Shown here: positions 21,361 to 24,838 of the stretch, one piece after another | Numbering within the stretch: position 1 is the first letter of the stretch | How the letters are laid out: every line of letters begins with the position of its first letter | Source: Azolla caroliniana | Lineage: Eukaryota > Plantae > Polypodiophyta | DNA length: 24,838 nucleotides | Reading direction: 5' to 3' | Assembly: GCA_043228905.1 (NCBI GenBank) | Contig: JBHGNT010000448.1 | Span: 1 to 24,838 of the forward strand | Made by a program: the position numbers and the translations under genes | Notes under the pieces: generated by a model | What the model was told of the DNA's origin: nothing | Seen by the model: the letters and a program-made list of their open reading frames with translations, nothing else | Databases searched by the model: none

Positions 21361-23921
21361 GAGGATGCCATTAGATGAATCAGCAGAAACTTTATGATGA
21401 CAGGATGCTATTAGTCTCCGAGCATCATCCAGAAGGACCCATATATTCAGATTTCCTGACATATAATTGCACTCTTCAAGTACCTCTTCCATGCTTAAGC
21501 AGTTATCCATGATCACCCTTCTTTTCTGTCTAACTGCCGCAGCTATGACATAAAGGAGTAGATCATCACTGGGTGGAGCTTTATCCCGACCTCGCCTGCA
21601 GGAAATCTTCACTTTATCAAGCCTCACTGCAGTTCGATCTGCCCAAAGTGTCTCCCAGAAGGATAACGTTTGCTCATAGGACAGTTCTCTCCTCATGAGA
21701 ACCACAACCATTCTGTAGATGAAATGGCAGTCGACGGCATCAATCTTCTCAAAATGCCTATAAAGCTGTGGATCACTGTGCTTCATGATCCGGGAAAACA
21801 TTTGCAATTGCCGTTTAATACCCTCTTCATCCATCCTGAAGTTATGCCGAGCAGCATGCATAAATGATGCAAAACACCAGAAGGCTTGATAATCTTCATC
21901 TAAATGGGCGACGAATGGTGATAGAAGGTCACTCATTCCTTGGCAATAACCAATTTCGGGATCATACACAGCATATACTTCCAGTATAGACACCAATCTC
22001 GCAGCGTGATGTTGCAAGGATGGCTCTAGTATATCATCCCTCAAGCCCACCTCCATCGCTAGTTGGTTTGCTACACCTTTTGTTATCTTTGCTTGAGAAG
22101 AGGAGAGTTGAGCCCAGTCAGCATTTATGCGCACAGCATCTAGCCTCATGATACGCTGCCAATCGATAAATTCTTGCTTTGCCTTGGCATCCATTTCTAC
22201 CAATCCCGCTTTACTTCTTTGAAATGCCACCGGGCTGTCTTCTTCCATTCCTTTACACAGGATTACATCTTCAGATGCGAATAATAGTGTACATCCCCTT
22301 TTCGTAAAGATATCTTCGTTACCAGCCATGCTCTTCGTCTTCGATGAGATACTCTCACATAAAACTTTGCATCTCCCTTTCAAATCCTCGTACACTTGCC
22401 TGCACATAGAGAAAGAAACTGTCAAAACACACAATGTGGAATATGAATTATGCAGGTTCACATTTTTAGTTTGCTTTGGTTCAATTATTACCTTCTCACA
22501 TGCATTTCCGCCTCTCTTTCCTTTTGAGTGCTTTCAAATCCGTAGCTGCAAAACAAAATAAAATGGATGAGATAGACACTCATCAACCCAGCAACAAAAA
22601 AAGCTTCAGCATGAGTGAAATTCCATACAAGTTCAATAGGAAAGGCCAAACTTCAGACCGTATGCTTGCTTCCACACCCTGTACAGATAAAGAAAATGTA
22701 AGTTGCAAATTATTATCATCACAACTTTAGTCTAAAATCAAATAATTAGAACATTTACGCACTCCATGGCGAACCCTTCGCAAAATTTTGTCACCATCCA
22801 GCAAACGCCCAGTTTCTGCATCAAATGCATCTTTCCACTGCTTCAATGTGAGGGGGAGGCAATTCTTCTTAGTACGATTATGCAGGCGCTTACTGTGTTC
22901 TCAAAAGCAAGATAGAGTCCATTATAACCTTAACAAACAGATAAAGTAACATGGTGTTTCCAGAAGACACATATTCAGTATAAACATAATATCTACTCTC
23001 TTATAACTCCTTTAACAAACAGAGAAGACTTTAGTTTTCAACAAATACCTCATAATGTCATCACTAGTATTAAATACAAACAGACTTTATGTTGAGAATT
23101 CACACTTCATAATGTCCTCACCAATATACTATACAAGCAGCTTTTGTTTTCCAAATATATATATATATATATATATAAACTGTTTAATGTGAATTTGCAA
23201 GATCAACGAGCAAGAATACTACTTTACTGGGCCATTAACAAATTCTGTCACTAGCAAGTAAATATAATTCTGTCATTAGCAAGTAAATACACAGAACCAT
23301 TTGCTTTAAAAAAGAATAAAATTATCTGAGCATTTGTAGACACGAACAGATATATGGGTAATACAGAAAATGCTTGCTTGCAGGATAAAAAATATGGCTG
23401 TTTCAAGATCTGTAAGCACGAATAGATACATGGGTATATACAATGTGAAACGCTCTTGCTTTCAGAAGAATACATACAGCTACTTCGCGAACTTGGACAG
23501 ATACTGAAAAGGGATAATTATGCAGATATTTCTCTCTTTTGCAGCTCACAGGATGAAAGGAGGAGGGAAAACATGTTCCTTTTATATGATGAGTTAATCT
23601 ACCAACAGGATTCTCCCCCAATTCAGAGAGAGGTAAAACACAACTCTTTTTCTATCGAAAAGAAGGCTCGCTCTTTGATAAGAATAAGCAAGAATTTTTA
23701 CAGCGTGGATCTGGCGAGTTTATAAGAAAGAGAATGCCATTGCATCGCAAAATCTTCAAAGAATACAGAAAATCCAACTGGAAACGCCACTGAGGACTCG
23801 GAAAAGGACATGGAGAATTCAAAGGAAGAAGCAGGAGAGATTTCTGCACAGAAACGAATTGAAAGAAGACGGTGTAGAATACTCACTTTCTTCTGTTAAG
23901 AAGCGCAATACCAACAGTCAT
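21343..23921 (-). CDS. TBC-domain Rab GTPase-activating protein (Gyp7/TBC1D15-like, plant RabGAP22-type), about 441 aa
   Basis: Model: complement join(23921..23887, 22892..22763, 22678..22629, 22545..22492, 22399..21343) = 1326 nt, with GT-AG introns in consistent phase. Motifs: LTLKQWKDAFD, GGVEASIRSEVWPFLL, Arg finger IMRLDAVR, Gln finger GYCQGMSDLLSP, AFWCF, YRMVVVLMRRELS. The first coding exon and start codon are the least certain parts; probable 5' UTR exons extend to about 24340. Confidence 0.9.
23155..23177. repeat. (TA)n microsatellite in TBC intron
   Basis: Directly visible alternating AT run. Confidence 0.9.
23241..23290. repeat. 25-bp tandem duplication in TBC intron
   Basis: AATTCTGTCACTAGCAAGTAAATAT (23241-23265) and AATTCTGTCATTAGCAAGTAAATAC (23266-23290), 2 mismatches. 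Confidence 0.9.
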
Positions 23922-24383
23922 GGCTGGAAGCTTCAGCAATAAGCCTGGAGAAATGTTTTAGAGAGGCCTGTCGCAGAAAAGTTGACATGAAGGCTTCCAC
24001 AATTCCGCAAAGCTCTTAAAGAAACACAGAAATCTCCTCCTTTCTCTGCATAATAATACCTCGAGGGATCTCCGCGGCAGCGGGTTGAGTTCTGTCTGCG
24101 GCGATGGATTCTCCTAAGAGAGGGGGGAATATGAAGATCAAAGAGGAGAAATTGAGGCAGCCAAGCGACAGATCGCGCGAGGAGAAGGAGAGAAGGGAAG
24201 ATTATGAAACAGAGGGTCCACAGGAATGGATCAAGAAAGAAACGAAAGGATCTGAGGGAGCAGACGAAACAATGGCGACCTCCAACCCCAACCCTAATTC
24301 ATTCAGAAGAAGAAAATTCTGAGCAGAGAAGGTTTTCTGATCAGTCTACAAAAACAGAGCACCTACCTACCCCACCACCAGCC

Positions 24384-24590
24384 GCCAATGGAACCGGAAG
24401 TTTCTGGTCAATCGGCCAAGAGGCTCCTCCCTTAGGCCAATGGACCCAGAAGTTTGACAAGATGGTCCCGTCAGTCCGGCCAGTAGGTTCTCTTGCCCAA
24501 TGGAGCCGGAAGTTTGAGATGATGGTCAGGTTAGTCGGCCAATGGAGCCGCCGGTAGTTTGAGATGATGGTCCTATCAGCCGGCCAAAGG
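24384..24590. promoter_or_regulatory. Four-copy CCAATGGAnCC(G)GAAGTTT...TGGTC module upstream of the TBC gene
   Basis: CCAAT at 24385, 24437, 24497 and 24539, each followed by GGA.CC.GAAGTTT or a close variant. The repeat is certain; a regulatory role is inferred from its position. Confidence 0.55.
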
Positions 24591-24838
24591 ATTGATTGTG
24601 CCTTATGAGCAAGGAACCTGTACACACTATTGTTGTGAACTTGAGCACAATATGCCGAACTTAAAACTAATGAATAGGTTTATGAAATGTATATAGAACA
24701 CGAGGTGTCACCAGTTTCATAATTATTGGGTGATGTTGGTCGTTTTCGCACATGCATGTGATGAGGCTATGGGACATAGAACGTAGACAATAAGGGCTAA
24801 GACACCAATTGAATGTGTTGTGCAATATGCCAAGGAAG

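Noticed and set aside
21148-21378. 76-aa plus-strand ORF overlapping the TBC 3' end
   Set aside because: It is the antisense shadow of the decayed TBC duplicate and has a GTG start.
22400-22461. N-terminus of the 372-aa ORF (MNLHNSYS...)
   Set aside because: Intronic. The acceptor TGCAG places the exon start at 22399.
24104-24625. ORFs of 72-117 aa near the window end
   Set aside because: They arise from the purine-rich antisense of the TBC 5' leader and from the promoter repeat, and show no protein family features.

Overview
This is land-plant nuclear DNA. A seedless vascular plant such as a fern is my inference from the long PLS-E PPR protein, not something the sequence proves. There are five protein-coding genes. 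(1) A single-exon, kinase-less L-type lectin membrane protein with an unusual His/Asp/Trp tandem-repeat stalk (2194-3537, +). (2) A 7-exon G-patch/C2H2 zinc-finger gene, GPATCH8-like (4941-9072, +), whose intron 5 has U12 (minor spliceosome) signatures. (3) A 1197-aa PLS-class PPR ending in E motifs without DYW (10954-14547, +). (4) An IRK-interacting-protein-like gene (16583-18286, -). (5) A 5-coding-exon TBC/Rab-GAP gene (21343-23921, -), whose stop codon lies inside a decayed tandem duplicate of its own 3' end. Non-coding DNA holds microsatellites, a probable hAT-derived MITE with an 8-bp TSD, a probable TRIM/LTR remnant, short tandem duplications and a 4-copy CCAAT/CCGGAAGT module upstream of the TBC gene. 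Gene models were assembled by eye from splice sites, phase and remembered family motifs; no searches were run.
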